Assembly: GCA_043228905.1 (NCBI GenBank)
Contig: JBHGNT010000008.1
Coordinates: forward strand, 20,522,001-20,586,000
Origin: Azolla caroliniana
Taxonomy: Eukaryota > Plantae > Polypodiophyta
DNA length: 64,000 nucleotides
Reading direction: 5' to 3'
The notes under the pieces: model-generated
Database searches by the model: none
What the model saw: only the letters and a program-made list of their open reading frames with translations
What the model was told of the DNA's origin: nothing
Translations under genes and position numbers: made by a program
Part shown: piece by piece, positions 1-12,788 of the stretch
Numbering within the stretch: the first letter of the stretch is position 1
Layout: each line of letters starts with the position of its first letter

Positions 1-1381
1 TGTTGGCAATGCCGCCGATCGCCGATCCACGTCTGGATACGCGTTCTCCCTCGAGAGTGCCGCGATCGCGTGGAGCAGTAAGAAGCAGCTGACAGTTGCA
101 CTGTCGAGCACCGAAGCTGAGTACCGAGGAGCGGTTGTCGCGACATGCAAAGCCATATGGTTGAAGCGGCTACTTAAGGACCTGCAAGAGGAGGTGTTCG
201 ATCCAACGACGATCTACTGCGACAACCTTAGCAGCATCCAACTCGCGAGGAACCCCATCTTCCATGCACGGACCAAGCACATTGAGGTGCACTACCATTT
301 CGTCCGTGAGCGTGTCCTTTCCGGTGAAGTCGAACTTCAGTACGTTCCGACGGATCGGTAGACTGCCGGCATCTTCACCAAGCCTCTTGGTCTGGACAAG
401 TTGCGGCAATTCTCAGGTGCGCTCAGATTGCGTCACCTCGACGTGCCAAACTTGAGGGGGAGAACAGTTCCGAACAACCAAGCAAGGTGGCAGGGAAGGA
501 GCGGAGACCGCGACACCGAGTCCGAGTCGGTAGACTCAGTTGTCGAGTTCGACTTCGGATCGGCTGAAGAAGTCGAGGGCGGACCCGCGGAGAAGTTCGG
601 ATGCGGACTAAAGGGGAGTAGCCGAAGGAGAGAGCCGAAGCCAACCACGCATAGGGGAGACGACGCCATCGAGGGCGAGAAGACCAAAGACGAGTTGGAG
701 ACAGCCAACTCGGACGAGAGCGAAAACCGATCGGAGGTAGCCGAGTCGGTTCGGATGTTTGATTCAGATACGCTGAATCAACCGAGGCCCAAGCGGAAGA
801 AAAGGCAGCAGGAGAAGCGTCAACACCGCAACAGCAAAAGAGCTGATAAAGGCCGCATGAGCAGACAAGCCGACCGGAAGGGTCGAAGCACACAGAGTCG
901 AACAGGTCGAGGAGCGCGAGCGAGGCGAGAAGCCAGGAGGAACCGGTGCTGCAAAGATCCCGAAGAGCCTCAAGTTGAGCTTGAGGGGGAGTGTTGAGAG
1001 ACAAGCTCAACATCGGCCGGATCGGCTGAAGAAGCCGAGGACCGGATCGGTTGGGACTGATCGGTTAGGCCGAGTGCGTAAACAGGGAGGTCGTTAGGAA
1101 AGATATTCCGTGAGGAATATATTTGGGAGTTAGTGTAGGAGCTCTTGATGAGCATTGAAGTATTGTCAGTGCTTCGGTCAGTCCTTCTAGGACTTGTATA
1201 AAAGTGTTCACTGAGCACGTCTTATGTACAGATTGAGTATTATTGTTGAATATATTTTTGTGTCTACTCTCTCTGTCTCTCCTGCGTATACCGTGTAAGC
1301 CCAAGCTCTCCATTGAACCTGAGTTTTCCTTCCTTCTGTTCGGTCTTCATACCTGCTTCCGCACGCTACTTTCTACAAACA
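1..1381 (+). mobile_element. Ty1/copia element A, 3' part (RNase H, C-terminal tail, PPT, 3' LTR)
   Basis: RNase H motifs WSSKKQ, IYCDN and HARTKHIEVHYHFVRE with a premature stop at 359-361. PPT CTTGAGGGGGAG at 980-991. LTR TGTTG(992)..AAACA(1381). Confidence 0.9.
992..1381 (+). repeat. 3' LTR of copia A
   Basis: TG..CA ends directly after the PPT. Similar to the LTRs at 10997, 19106 and ~51447-51916. Confidence 0.85.
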
Positions 1382-1399
1382 TGAAGAAGACATTAGTCA

Positions 1400-4300
1400 T
1401 TTCCCATCTCTTGCTTGCAAAAGACTACATTTGAATCACCCTTGATAACGTCGTATTCTCCTTTTAGTGTATGCACCAAAGTGAACCAAATCATCTTAGC
1501 TACATCTACAACATTCCATTGAATTTCCTAAAATATCATTCAACATGTATTAGTCCATAAAGCCCATAAGGCTATTGAACTAAGTGTCTCCCAAACCACC
1601 TCATTCTATACTGAATTACTAGACATACATGGCGAACACTTCCTCAACATATTGACCCTTTGTATGTTATGCAAAGTTAACATTTTCTTTTTCATGATCT
1701 TCTAGCTCACCCTTAATATCATCCCACATCATTGTCCCCCATTTATATACTCTAGTGCCATATACCTCATGCAAGAGACGCAAAAACCTTCTCCAAATCA
1801 ATTGAGCTACTATAAAAGACCAGTCTAATAAGTGATGCAATGACCCGTCTAATAAGTCCTTACAATACATCCAAGCCCTAATAGGAACCGCATAATGAAC
1901 AATCAACCATCTAAATTGAATTTAGATCTTCTTTAGAATTTGCATGGTCCATAGCCATTTCCAAAACGTTGTCATGTGAGTAGGATTAACATTATAACTC
2001 AACCATGTCATAGTTGTTGTCGGCTAGTGGCACAACCTACACCTCATCGTCTCCCTTCCAAATCGAACCGAATATTGAAAAAACCAAACATCCTCCCTAG
2101 AATATGATGTAGGTAATCACATCCATTTTCCTTGATCCCATTCCAATTCACATTATGGTTTTTTCCCCACTGCCCTTAGATCCCACCATGGATTGAACAA
2201 CATTAGGATTAGGATCAATGGTCCAGAGCTTATCTACCTTAGCTAGAATTCTAACAGGTTTTAATGCACGTTGTCAAGTACTAAGAGATGAATCAAATGA
2301 TGAATCCAGTTGAAACACCGGGGCATTTGAGAACAGTCTATCAAAAAATGACACAAAATAGGTCCATTCATAAAAAGGGGTGTCGCATGTGTAAAGAATT
2401 TTAAAAAATGAACCCAAAATATATTGATTTCTGGCATATACGGAAATTCAAGTGTTCCAAATAATGCCAAAATAATGGACATGCCAAACTTACAAATGAA
2501 TGTCCAAAAGGACTACTACCTATATTTATCGAAATTCATGAATATAGATTTTGATGTACAATACAATATTTATTTCATGTATCAGAACTATAGAACGTGC
2601 CACTTAAGCTAACACTTAACTTGAAATTAGGTTAGTTGAAGTGAAAATAAAAGGAATTGGTCTTGTAAGAAAGGGATTTCTGCCGAAAAGTTCAAAAGAG
2701 GGAGGTCATGTTACTATCAAAATTCACGAACTATCATTCACGACATATTATCTGTTTCAAATGTCCTGGTGTTTTGAACCCAATTTTATCTGACTCTCCT
2801 TCCCAACATAGATCCTTCATCATCTAGAAATAAAGGATTCCAAACCTGATGCAACCATTTATCCATCAAAGTAGGCCAGACTTGATGCAAATTAGTCTTT
2901 AGAGAAACCAGGCTCACTTTATCACGCCAAAGAATCTATGATTTTGAAACACTATCTTATGTGAATGGAAATTAGTAATAAACCACCATCGTATAGACCT
3001 TGTCCATTCTCCTCCAGTTTTCGGGAAGACCTCTTTCATTCTTAACTGAAGAATCAACTGCCAAGGCTCATTTCGTAGCAATAATCCTCGCACTACAAAA
3101 TTTTCCAACAGTGTCTTACATTGCATTAGAGGATCCACTAAACCTAAACCCCCTTGAGAAGTCAATATTGCAATAGTTTTCCAAGATACCTTTCGTCTAA
3201 CATACTTGAAATCAGTAGAACCCCATATGAAATTCCTAATCAACCTTGGTTACATTGACAACAAAGATGTAGAGAATAACCACAAGGACATAATATACCA
3301 CATTGACGAGAGTAATACTTGATTAGAAACAACATCTCCCAAGAAATGAAAAATTCTTAGAACTCCAAAAGATCAACTTCTTCCTCAAAGAAAGCAGTAA
3401 GGGTTGGATATGAGCTTCTAAGGGAAGATGAACTCCCTCTTGACACCCTAAATATCTCATAGGAGAGCCCTTTAGAATTTAGCAAAATCCAACGTCTGGA
3501 CACCGGTTAGGAATAAAACCTTCCCCAACCCAAAATCCCATTGATTTATGCTGATTAATAATAGCACTAGAAGCATCACAGAAATCATGGATCATAGTTT
3601 GCACATTACAAAGATTTATGTCATCTCCTACAACATACAAAGTTGTGTCATTTGCAAATTCACAGTCCAACAAAACCTCCTCCACACCTAGTCATTTTTA
3701 CCCTTTAGATAAAATGTTCTTATTCAAGACTGGACTAAAGGTTTCTCCTACAAATAGAAATAAATATGGAGCTGAAGGACATCTTTGTCTCAATGATCTA
3801 GTAATTGGAAAATTATTACGTAGTTCTCCTCAAGATGTTGAATTATATTAAATGCAAAATCAACATTAATCCAGGCAACTATAAGACCTAGGCGACCCAT
3901 AACCTCATATAAAAAAATTTAATAAACTCTTTTTGTAAGCTTTCTCAAAATCCAAAAGCTTGTTTTGTTTCTTGTGCCTCCATTACTTAATATCATCTAC
4001 CACACCATCTACCTTTGGAATCAAATAAGTCATTCTTTCATTCCACTCAACCAACATACTTCCCAAATGAAAAACCTCTTGTAAGGAGGCTATGAAAGCA
4101 TCGGCTATATAATCCCAATACTGTAGAAAGAATTCTGGTGATAATACATTAGTTATTGGGCACACATTCTTCCCAACAACCAACAATGCAGTTCTTACCT
4201 CTATAGAAGATATTTCCTTAATCAATGATTCAACCATCTAATCTGAGACCTTATGTCCCAAATAGTTCAAAACTAATTTTCCTTTTTGAGCTATTGAACC

Positions 4301-4700
4301 GCAATTGTGGGGTTGTCAATAGATTTTTATAAAAATTCGTAGCAATGTCCCTCATTTCATTAGTGTCCTTTGTAATAGAACCATCTTCTCTTTGCACATG
4401 TCTCATACAACTACCTGAATGACCACCTTTATAATATATGCACAAAATAAAAAATTAACTTTATCAACTAGTCAAGTCTACTTCGCCACAACAACATGAA
4501 ACTTTGTTTGAAAGATCTTATATTCTCATTGTACTAATTCATTTCTTAAGTGACCCAACTCCAGTACAACCCAAGATGCATGTGGACATTTTTCCTAAAA
4601 ATGCCGAAGAGATCTCAAAGCCCTCCTACTAGTAGCCATTCGTAACTTACCCTTTTTACTCTTCACCAAGGTAGGTTTAAACCGAATAATAACGATCTCC
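1400..4700 (-). mobile_element. Degenerate L1-clade LINE ORF2 remnant
   Basis: Fragmented minus-strand ORFs: PEFFLQYWD (3983-4237), EFANDTTLYV (RT active-site region, 3479-3685), RNFIWG..VSWKTI..GGLGLVD (2914-3243). Boundaries approximate. Confidence 0.8.
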
Positions 4701-5217
4701 TAAGTTTTAAAGGCCATACCTTGGACACTATAATTGAAAAGATGTAGGCTTATATGCTCATCACAAAATGATTTGTTCTTCCCTATGAACCATTTCACAA
4801 TGTGGACACGCTTTTCCATCACAAGTTAATCATGCATCTCATTTGGTTTTGTCAACAATGTGCATAGACTTCAGGTGGTTGTTTCTTTTGCTCTCTTCAC
4901 TATACAAAATTTCAACGATCAATTGCAATTTCTAGGCAAGATAGAAAACGTCTTATACTTACACAACAAGTCCTTTATTTTGTGCTCTTGGTAAGGGAAT
5001 ATGGTTCTTAGTGTGTTGTGACTCATCATGAGGAGCTCAATATGGTTAGGTACACAAACTAATCAAGGATGATTTAGATACACAATTGGCTCTTTATCAA
5101 CAAAACCAAACCTTAACCATTTATTTGAAAGAAAACCCCAAGGCCATCCTAAGATAGGCGTTGAAGAACAACTTGTTAATGCCTACAATGGCCCTGTAGG
5201 ATTGGACAATATAGCGA

Positions 5218-6008
5218 TTAACAAGAGAGATTCTTAGTAGCCTGTACACCGAGGATGTTGCAGTAATGCTTGTAGATATCGATGCGGATGTTTTGAACAT
5301 TCTGTCCACACTCCATGCCATTGATGGCGTTGATTGTGGCGCCGAACCCTTGATGGGTCACCATGGCATCATGACACGTGAGGGTCGACTGTGTCATCCA
5401 GAACCACACCGCAGTCTTGAATGAGATGTGGGGGTTGGTCGCGACAACCCCGGGATTATGGATTCCATCGAAACCAAGGTCTCTTCCGGCCGCAAGGTAG
5501 TTGTAGTTCCATGTCAGCTGGAGTGGGCCGCGGCCATAGTATTCTTGGTTAGGGTCACATGGCTCTCCTTGGCAATACTTAGCCTTCTCAATCTCTTCCG
5601 TGTATGCCCCATCTGGTGGTGGTAGCACACTTTGTTAGACACGAGAAACACAAAATTTGATGTGTAAAGAAAGAACTAGAAGATTATATGAAAGGATTAC
5701 ATACATCCCGTCTCGTGAGCCACGTGGGCGAAGAATGCCGCAAGCTCATGTCTTCGGGTGTGATCGGTCCCCGTGGTTCCGAAGCCGCCAAATGCATTTG
5801 CCGCCTCGATGAACATGGGGTAAGTGTAGACGCCATTGGCCGCCGGGGAATGACGTTGCGGAAGGAACTGATTGAAGATGTCCCTCGTGATAATGGACGA
5901 GACATCACCATTATTCTGCTGGGCATGACAGGCGAGCACGCCGTACACGAGCAGAGCCGCAAGCACTAAGGCGGCCGTGAACCCGTGTCTCTTCTTCTGG
6001 TGCTCCAT
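5218..6008 (-). CDS. GH19 chitinase without chitin-binding domain (class IV-type loop deletions), 232 aa; exons 6008-5705 and 5612-5218
   Basis: Signal peptide MEHQKK..LACHA. ELAAFFAHVAHETG|YGAYTEEI across a GT-AG phase-1 intron (5704-5613). [37 protein letters not shown] and C-terminal NLSC. Spliced frame is intact. Confidence 0.95.
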
Positions 6009-6039
6009 GGAATTCACAAGAGTGAATATGTTTAAAACA

Positions 6040-6190
6040 ATGATAGTGTGTGTAAGCTTGTGTGGTTACTTGTGAGTTAGACTCTCGCAATATGATAGTG
6101 TGTAAGCTTGTGTTGTGAGTTAGGCTCTCATAATATGATAGTGTGTGTGATAGTGTGTGTAAGCTTGTGTTGTGAGTTAAGCCTCTCACT
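6040..6190. repeat. About 3 imperfect 40-50 bp tandem repeats in the chitinase 5' leader
   Basis: ATGATAGTGTGTAAGCTTGTG..GTGAGTTA.GCTCTC recurs between the ATG and the TATA box. Confidence 0.8.
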
Positions 6191-6198
6191 ATATGCAC

Positions 6199-6241
6199 AT
6201 TTATAGTGCAGTGAGTAGTGTAGGCAACTACTCAAGGTCAA
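6199..6241 (-). promoter_or_regulatory. Putative TATA box (CTATAAAT) and W-box (TTGACC) of chitinase 1
   Basis: Motif matches about 190-230 bp upstream of the ATG. Position and motif only. Confidence 0.5.
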
Positions 6242-9200
6242 GGTAAGTCCTCATGGGTTTTCTTGTGAATATTATTTTTTCCACTCGGTCGTTGTCGCTC
6301 TTTCCACAAAAGATCCTCGCAATTATCATCTCTTTTTATCTCTACATGTACCTCTATGGTGCACTCGATGTATCTCTAAATGTATGTAAAGTGTTGGCAT
6401 TGTTATTCTCATGAGTCGAGTGTGAAAATAAAACATGCCAATCCTCTCGTGCTTGTAATTTGACTCTACCAATGATGCATGACCAAAGCAACCATGTTTC
6501 TCTATCCAAACTTTTAGGTTCGAAGCTCTCTCCAAAGTTTCAAAGGAATTCAATACTCCTAAGCCCTTTTTGTTGAATTGTATGGCCCATTTGAAAAGCA
6601 AAGTTTCTCCTTTGTTCCTCGACTTTATTTGATCTCAATAGTGATAAGCCAAATGTCGGGTGAAGATTAAATATTAAGCATGGAAATATGAAACAAATCT
6701 CAACTTTGGGAATCATTGTTGCATATGCAAGGTTTGCATAATTATCTTTTAACTTGGCAATGCCAAGTTGGCATCAATAATTTCATAATGGCATGCTTTT
6801 TGCTTAACTTCACTACATTTCCTCAAAATAGGTTAAGCTTTATCATTATACCATTATGTTTATTTACCTTAATTTCAAATTTTAGTAATGTACCATTGTG
6901 AAATTGAATGCAAATTAAAAACACAATATTTTCATGTTTTTATTGTTCTTTTTTCGTAATATGGGTAGTTTGTTTCTTTTATTACTATTCGCACACAAAG
7001 GCACACAAACACCACGTTTTCATGTACAATCTAGGTGGGCGCGAATTGAAAAGAGGTATTAAGATTTATTTATTCACATATTCACATTTTGTTGTTAAAT
7101 GTCCATATATCTATTGTATGAGTTTTTGTATATTTTCTCCTCTTATTCAATTGCTTCATGCTTGTACGGCCTAGAAAGACCACCTTTTTATTTGACTCAT
7201 TCGACCATCGTATATATGTTGTCCACCTGTTATAGATGCCAAAGAAAAAACGGTGTGGCCTTGTTGGTCTCCTATTTGTTTAATAACACTTTTAAAACTA
7301 TGAAAGAAAATTACATGCTCCTATGCACCTTCTTTTTCTACATTTTGTTTTGACTTCTTGACCAACTTTTTGTTTTGTAGCCCTCTTAGAATTATTATAA
7401 ATTACATCTTAGGAAGTATGAAATAACCTCAATTTGGGAATCATGCCTGGATAAGCAGGATCCGAACACATTAATAATTCCATCAAAGGCATGTGTTTGC
7501 TTAAATTCACCATAATTCCTTAGTATAGGGAAAGCTTTATCACTACATAATCCTGTTTATATATTTAGAATTTAGAATTTAGAATTTTACTAGTGTAACA
7601 TTGTGAATGTAAATTATAAATTTAAGTCTTCCACATTGTCATTATTCTCTATTTTGGAATGTTTATTTCTTCCATTGTCAATAATACATAGACTTGCAAA
7701 TGGTATGTTTTCATGAGCACAAGGTGTGCACATACTTATAAAGATATATTAAAATTCATTCACATATACATAATGCAACGCATCCTTGACCTTAGGCTAT
7801 TGAAAACACATAAGTAATGTACATAACATGCATTCCCAAAAAATATCCTAACTTCTTTATCAGGTATATTTGTTACATCAAAAGGGCCCAATTCAAGGGC
7901 ACAACGTCATCTCTATACTACCCATAACCATTCATCACACAACGTTCTCATGAATAGGCATTGGAGATAAAACACTTAAACTGATGGTCTCCCAATCTCA
8001 TGTGTTGCAACCAACACAACACTTGAATTATGATTAGCGTGCAATTCAACTCGAGACTAATAGTCTTTTTTGGCCATTATATGTAGTATGGTTCTTAAAA
8101 GGTAATGAAACCCACCCAAGCCTCCATAGTCACACATTCAATGGGATGCCCTCAAGATGATGTACAATGGATCATTAATATCTTGAACACAAAGTTTCAT
8201 TTTGTTGCCCAATTTCTTTAATTTTCCATTTTTTGGTAGGTGAATAAATCCTTCATGGGAAGCTTGAACAACAAATGCTTACCACTTACAATTTTCAATT
8301 ATGTGTTTATGACTCTGAGGTCGATGTAAGGAGTACGGGCAGCATAAAACCAGTGAGGGAGAGTTAAAGAATACAAAGGTAAGTGGGGGGGGGGGAGAGA
8401 GAGAGGGAGGGAGGGAGGGAGATGTATGTTTCTTTTACATGAAGTGTCTAGTGCTTGGTAAAAAATCTCATTGGCTAGTATCTGAGCCTACGTTAGTATC
8501 AAAGTTAGGAGTTCATATGTGTGCCTATAACTCTTTAGGAGTTCATATGTATAAAAGTTAGTAGAATGCATATCAAAGTTAGTACTAAATCAGTGTTAAG
8601 AGTTTGCTAACGTAGACATATGTAAGATAAGAGTGTTCATTCCACTCATCACTCATCTTCTCACTGTCACATGTGTGCATAACAAGTAAACCAGAACAAT
8701 GTCACAATGAGGGTAATCAATAACTTAACATTCCTATCAATTACAGACAACCACCTAGATACAATAAACTTATCTAGGTACTAAGTGGCACTTCATCATC
8801 GGAGGTAGTAGACTACTGAGTGGCACGAGGCAGTAGTAAATTAGCTACAATGGATATCAAGTTAGTACTTAAAGTATGTTAAGTGTTTACTAACTTAGAC
8901 ATATCTAAGATAGAAGTGTTCATTCCACTCGTCATTGATTACCCTCATCTTGACACAGTTTTAATTTACTTGTTATGCACACATGTGATGGTGAGAATGT
9001 AAAGCATTCCTATCAATAACTTTGCATCCAATTCACATCCTGGATATATAAACCCCATTAGTGTCAAGAAGTAGGTAATCAATAACTTTACATTCGGTAA
9101 TCAATTACATACAACGATCAAAATACAATAAACTTTGGTTTTAGTTTTTCCTTACTCTTTTCTTCCTTGTCTAAAAACAAAAGTATGTAGTATTAGTCTA

Positions 9201-9699
9201 ACTCATCACGATGACAACATCCACAAGTTTATGAGAATTTGTATTACCCACCACAACAATCAACTTTGCATTTCTTCCCCTTTCCGTACAATTTCCTTGC
9301 AGCATTACGCTTCTTCGTAGGCTCTTTGATAGAAACATAATAAATTAGTAGTATACCAACAGTTCCGAAATTAGAAAGGCAAACACAATTAGCATTACCA
9401 TTCACACAGTCAGGGCGTGCTGAGCTAGGAGATTTTGTTTCAAGCATTACATCTTCAACTGTTCCAATGGCCTTTCTCATACATTCATCTTCATCATAAA
9501 CTTCATCAGGTACCACTAAGGAACGACTGTGCACTTTGGAATTTGCAGCAGACTTTGTATGTAGTATCGCAGGGCCTAGTTTGTCAATTACCTTCCTTGG
9601 TGTGGTGTTGCTAGAAACTACAACATTCATATTATACAAATACATATTATGAGAGTACATATTATAACATGAGTCCAAAATTACAAATATATTACTTAT

Positions 9700-10620
9700 C
9701 CACCTGGACATGCATATTTCATCTGGTAACGAACAATGCTAGTACTAAAAAGCCAACACATTCATGTCTATTTATTCGGTCATGCAAAGCCTAATTCAAG
9801 TGGACACAAAAAGTACAATGCAATAAGCAATGTTAGTACTAATACAAGTTATACAACTAAACATTTAGGACCCTACGTACCAAATAATCAATACTGAATC
9901 AATTGATCATAAAGGAATACAATGTATTAAATAATGTTAGTACTTAATCAACATCTTAGAAACTTAAAGGATTAGTACTAAGCCACCTGGACATGCATAT
10001 TTCATCTGGTAATGAACAATGTTAGTACTAAAAAGCCAAGACCTTCATGCCTATTTGTTAGGTTATGCAAACCCAAAGTCAAGTGGACTCAAAAAGTACA
10101 ATGCAATTAACCAATGTTAGTACTAATACGAGTTATACAACTAAACATTTAAGGCCCTCCTTACTAAATAATCAAAATACTGAATCAATTGATCACGAAG
10201 GAATACAATGGAATAAGTATTGTTAGTACTTAATCAACATCTTAGGATCTTAAAGGAATAGTACTGAACCACTTGGACATGCATATTTTTGATGGTAATG
10301 AACAATGTTAGTACTAAACAGCCAAGACCGATATGCCTATTTGTTTGGTTATGGAAAGCCTAAGTCAAGTGGACTCAAAAAGTATTGTTAGTACTTAATC
10401 AACATCTTAGGATCTTAAAGGAATAGTATTGAACCACCTGGACATGCATATTTCTGATGGTAATGAGCAATGTTAGTACTAAACAACCAAGACCGACATG
10501 CCTATTTGTTTGATCATGCAAAGCCTAAGTCAAGTGGACAAAAAAAGTAAAATGCAATAAACAATGTTAGTACTAATACAAGTTATACAACTAAACATTT
10601 AAGACCTTTAGTACAAAATA
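9700..10620. repeat. Tandem array of ~285-bp units (4 starts, one internally deleted)
   Basis: CAC(C/T)TGGACATGCATATTT recurs at 9701, 9984, 10270 and 10435. Units are rich in TTAGTACT. Confidence 0.9.
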
Positions 10621-11280
10621 ATCTGCGCTAAATCGACTAATCATCCTGGATCAAACTTTAAGGACAGAACCAAAAGTAAAATTATAAAATCATAGTATAA
10701 AAATTGCATAATGCTTAATCACATACCATAGGAGTGTACTTTTAAACCCCAAACTAGGTACCATTCGGCTCCAACTGTACTTTTACAGTCCAAACATATA
10801 TTTTCTTTCTTGAAATGGTACTTAGCACATAACAAATGATATGTGTGCAAGCATGGTGTAATGATAGCATCCATAGACTCAAGCTTGAATCCAAGGCCAC
10901 AAAATAAACACCTTCAGTAACGAGACACAACATACACTATATTGGCACCAATGATATTTTATTCCATAGAAGGTCAAAAAGTAGAAATATAAACCATGTT
11001 GAGCGAGCAAGCTCAACCGGATCCGGATCGGCATCCGGAAGGATGAGCCGGATCAGTATCCGGAAACAACCGGCCGGATCAGAGAGCCAAATTCGAGCGG
11101 GAACCAGAAGCCCAGTAGTAGCCTAGACTACTAGGTAATCATTGTCTCGTAGTTAGTGTCTGTCGCACATAGGAATAATGAAGTACCTGTCAGTTCTTTA
11201 TGGACTTGTATAAATAGTGTTGTTTAGCACATTGTATGTACAGAGTTTTAGAGTGATATTTTGAATTGAGTTTATGTTTT

Positions 11281-11317
<37 letters not shown>

Positions 11318-12788
11318 GTGTCTCTCCTGCGTATAGTCTCTGTGTATTAAGCTTCTCCATTAAACCTTCATCTTATTCTCTGTTGTTATCTGGCTGAGCC
11401 GGTTCTATCTAACGCTTCCGCACGTTTACATTAACATGGTATCAAAGCGCGAGGGTTGAGAACCTCTACAACCGACACTTGCTTCCGTAAATGAACCCTA
11501 GAACCCGGTAACAACAGACAGAGAGAAGATATGGACAGAGGAATGGCGAGTCCACTTCCAACAGAGAAGCTCTATCGGAGCAACTACGCGTCTTGGTCAT
11601 ACAAGATGCACTAGTACCTGTTGGGGCATGGATATTGGAGCTTCGTGGAACGAACGAACGAGGTAGTGTCGGAGCCCACACACAATGACTTCCCGGTATG
11701 GGAGCCAGGAGCGAGCCGAGCATTGTACTACCTCGCGTCCTATGTGCACGATCAGAGGCTCAGCTACATCAAGGATGCAAAGATGCCGAAGCAGGCCTGG
11801 GGAAATCTGAGGAAGATTTTCACCGCGAGTACCACAACCCGTAAGTTGCAGCTCCGACAAGAGCTGAACAACATCCGGCAAGGAGACATGTCGGTTACGG
11901 ATTACACCACCAAGATAAAGGAGATTTTCGATGCACACGGGTCCATCAACGTGACAGTGGATGAAGATGAGATGGTACAAATCTACCTCGGTGGTCTAGC
12001 ACAAAGGTATGAGCCAATCCGGACAATGATCTGCACTTGGGAGAAACCACCGTCTTTCTTCGACTTGCAATTGATGTTGATGGTCAAAGAAAACCACGGG
12101 AGTGGGTCAAGGACCACTCAATCGGACGACCGAATGTTGTACATGGAGACAAATCGACCCCATGGACGTGGTGGACGAGGTGGGTCTGGCGGTTGTTGCA
12201 GCAAGGGGGTGGCATCTTGTTACACTTGCGTGTTCCTCTAGTAGCTTTGATGTGAACCATTTTCCCTATACATGGGCACTTTTTACTCTAGTGCTGGCTA
12301 GAGGTTTTTTCCCCATGTTACCACATACATGAGTCACTCATATGTGGTGGTACTTAGTACTTAGGGATATATATTTCAGCTTCAAATTTTTTTAAGATTC
12401 ATTCATCAATAGAGAGCTATTCCAGCCATTGCCTTCCTCGTGTGAGTGCTTCCTTCTTTGAGCTTCTTGTGTGTTTCCCACTCTTCCTCACATACCCAAC
12501 AGTGGTATCAGAGCCAAGTTCTTCATCCTCTCCATCTTCGGTTGTCCGCATCGCGGTGTCGCGGCGCGCGCGCACTTTTCATTGTGCAAAATCAACTTCC
12601 GAATATAGAGAAGTGTATTTCAACACTTGGAGCGCATTTTCAGCAGGTACCCTGCTGTTTTACCCCCATTTCGAAGCCGTTCGTGTAGTCGAAATCGTCA
12701 TCCGAGTGATAGTTTGTGAGCTGCATTTTCAGCACTCATTTCCGATTTGTTGAGGTAATATTTTACCACTTTCTTGTTCTTTGGTAAA

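Noticed and set aside
9700-10620. Repeat arrays as CRISPR-like structures (also 26151-26484)
   Set aside because: Whole units repeat with no unique spacers, there are no cas genes, and the context is eukaryotic.
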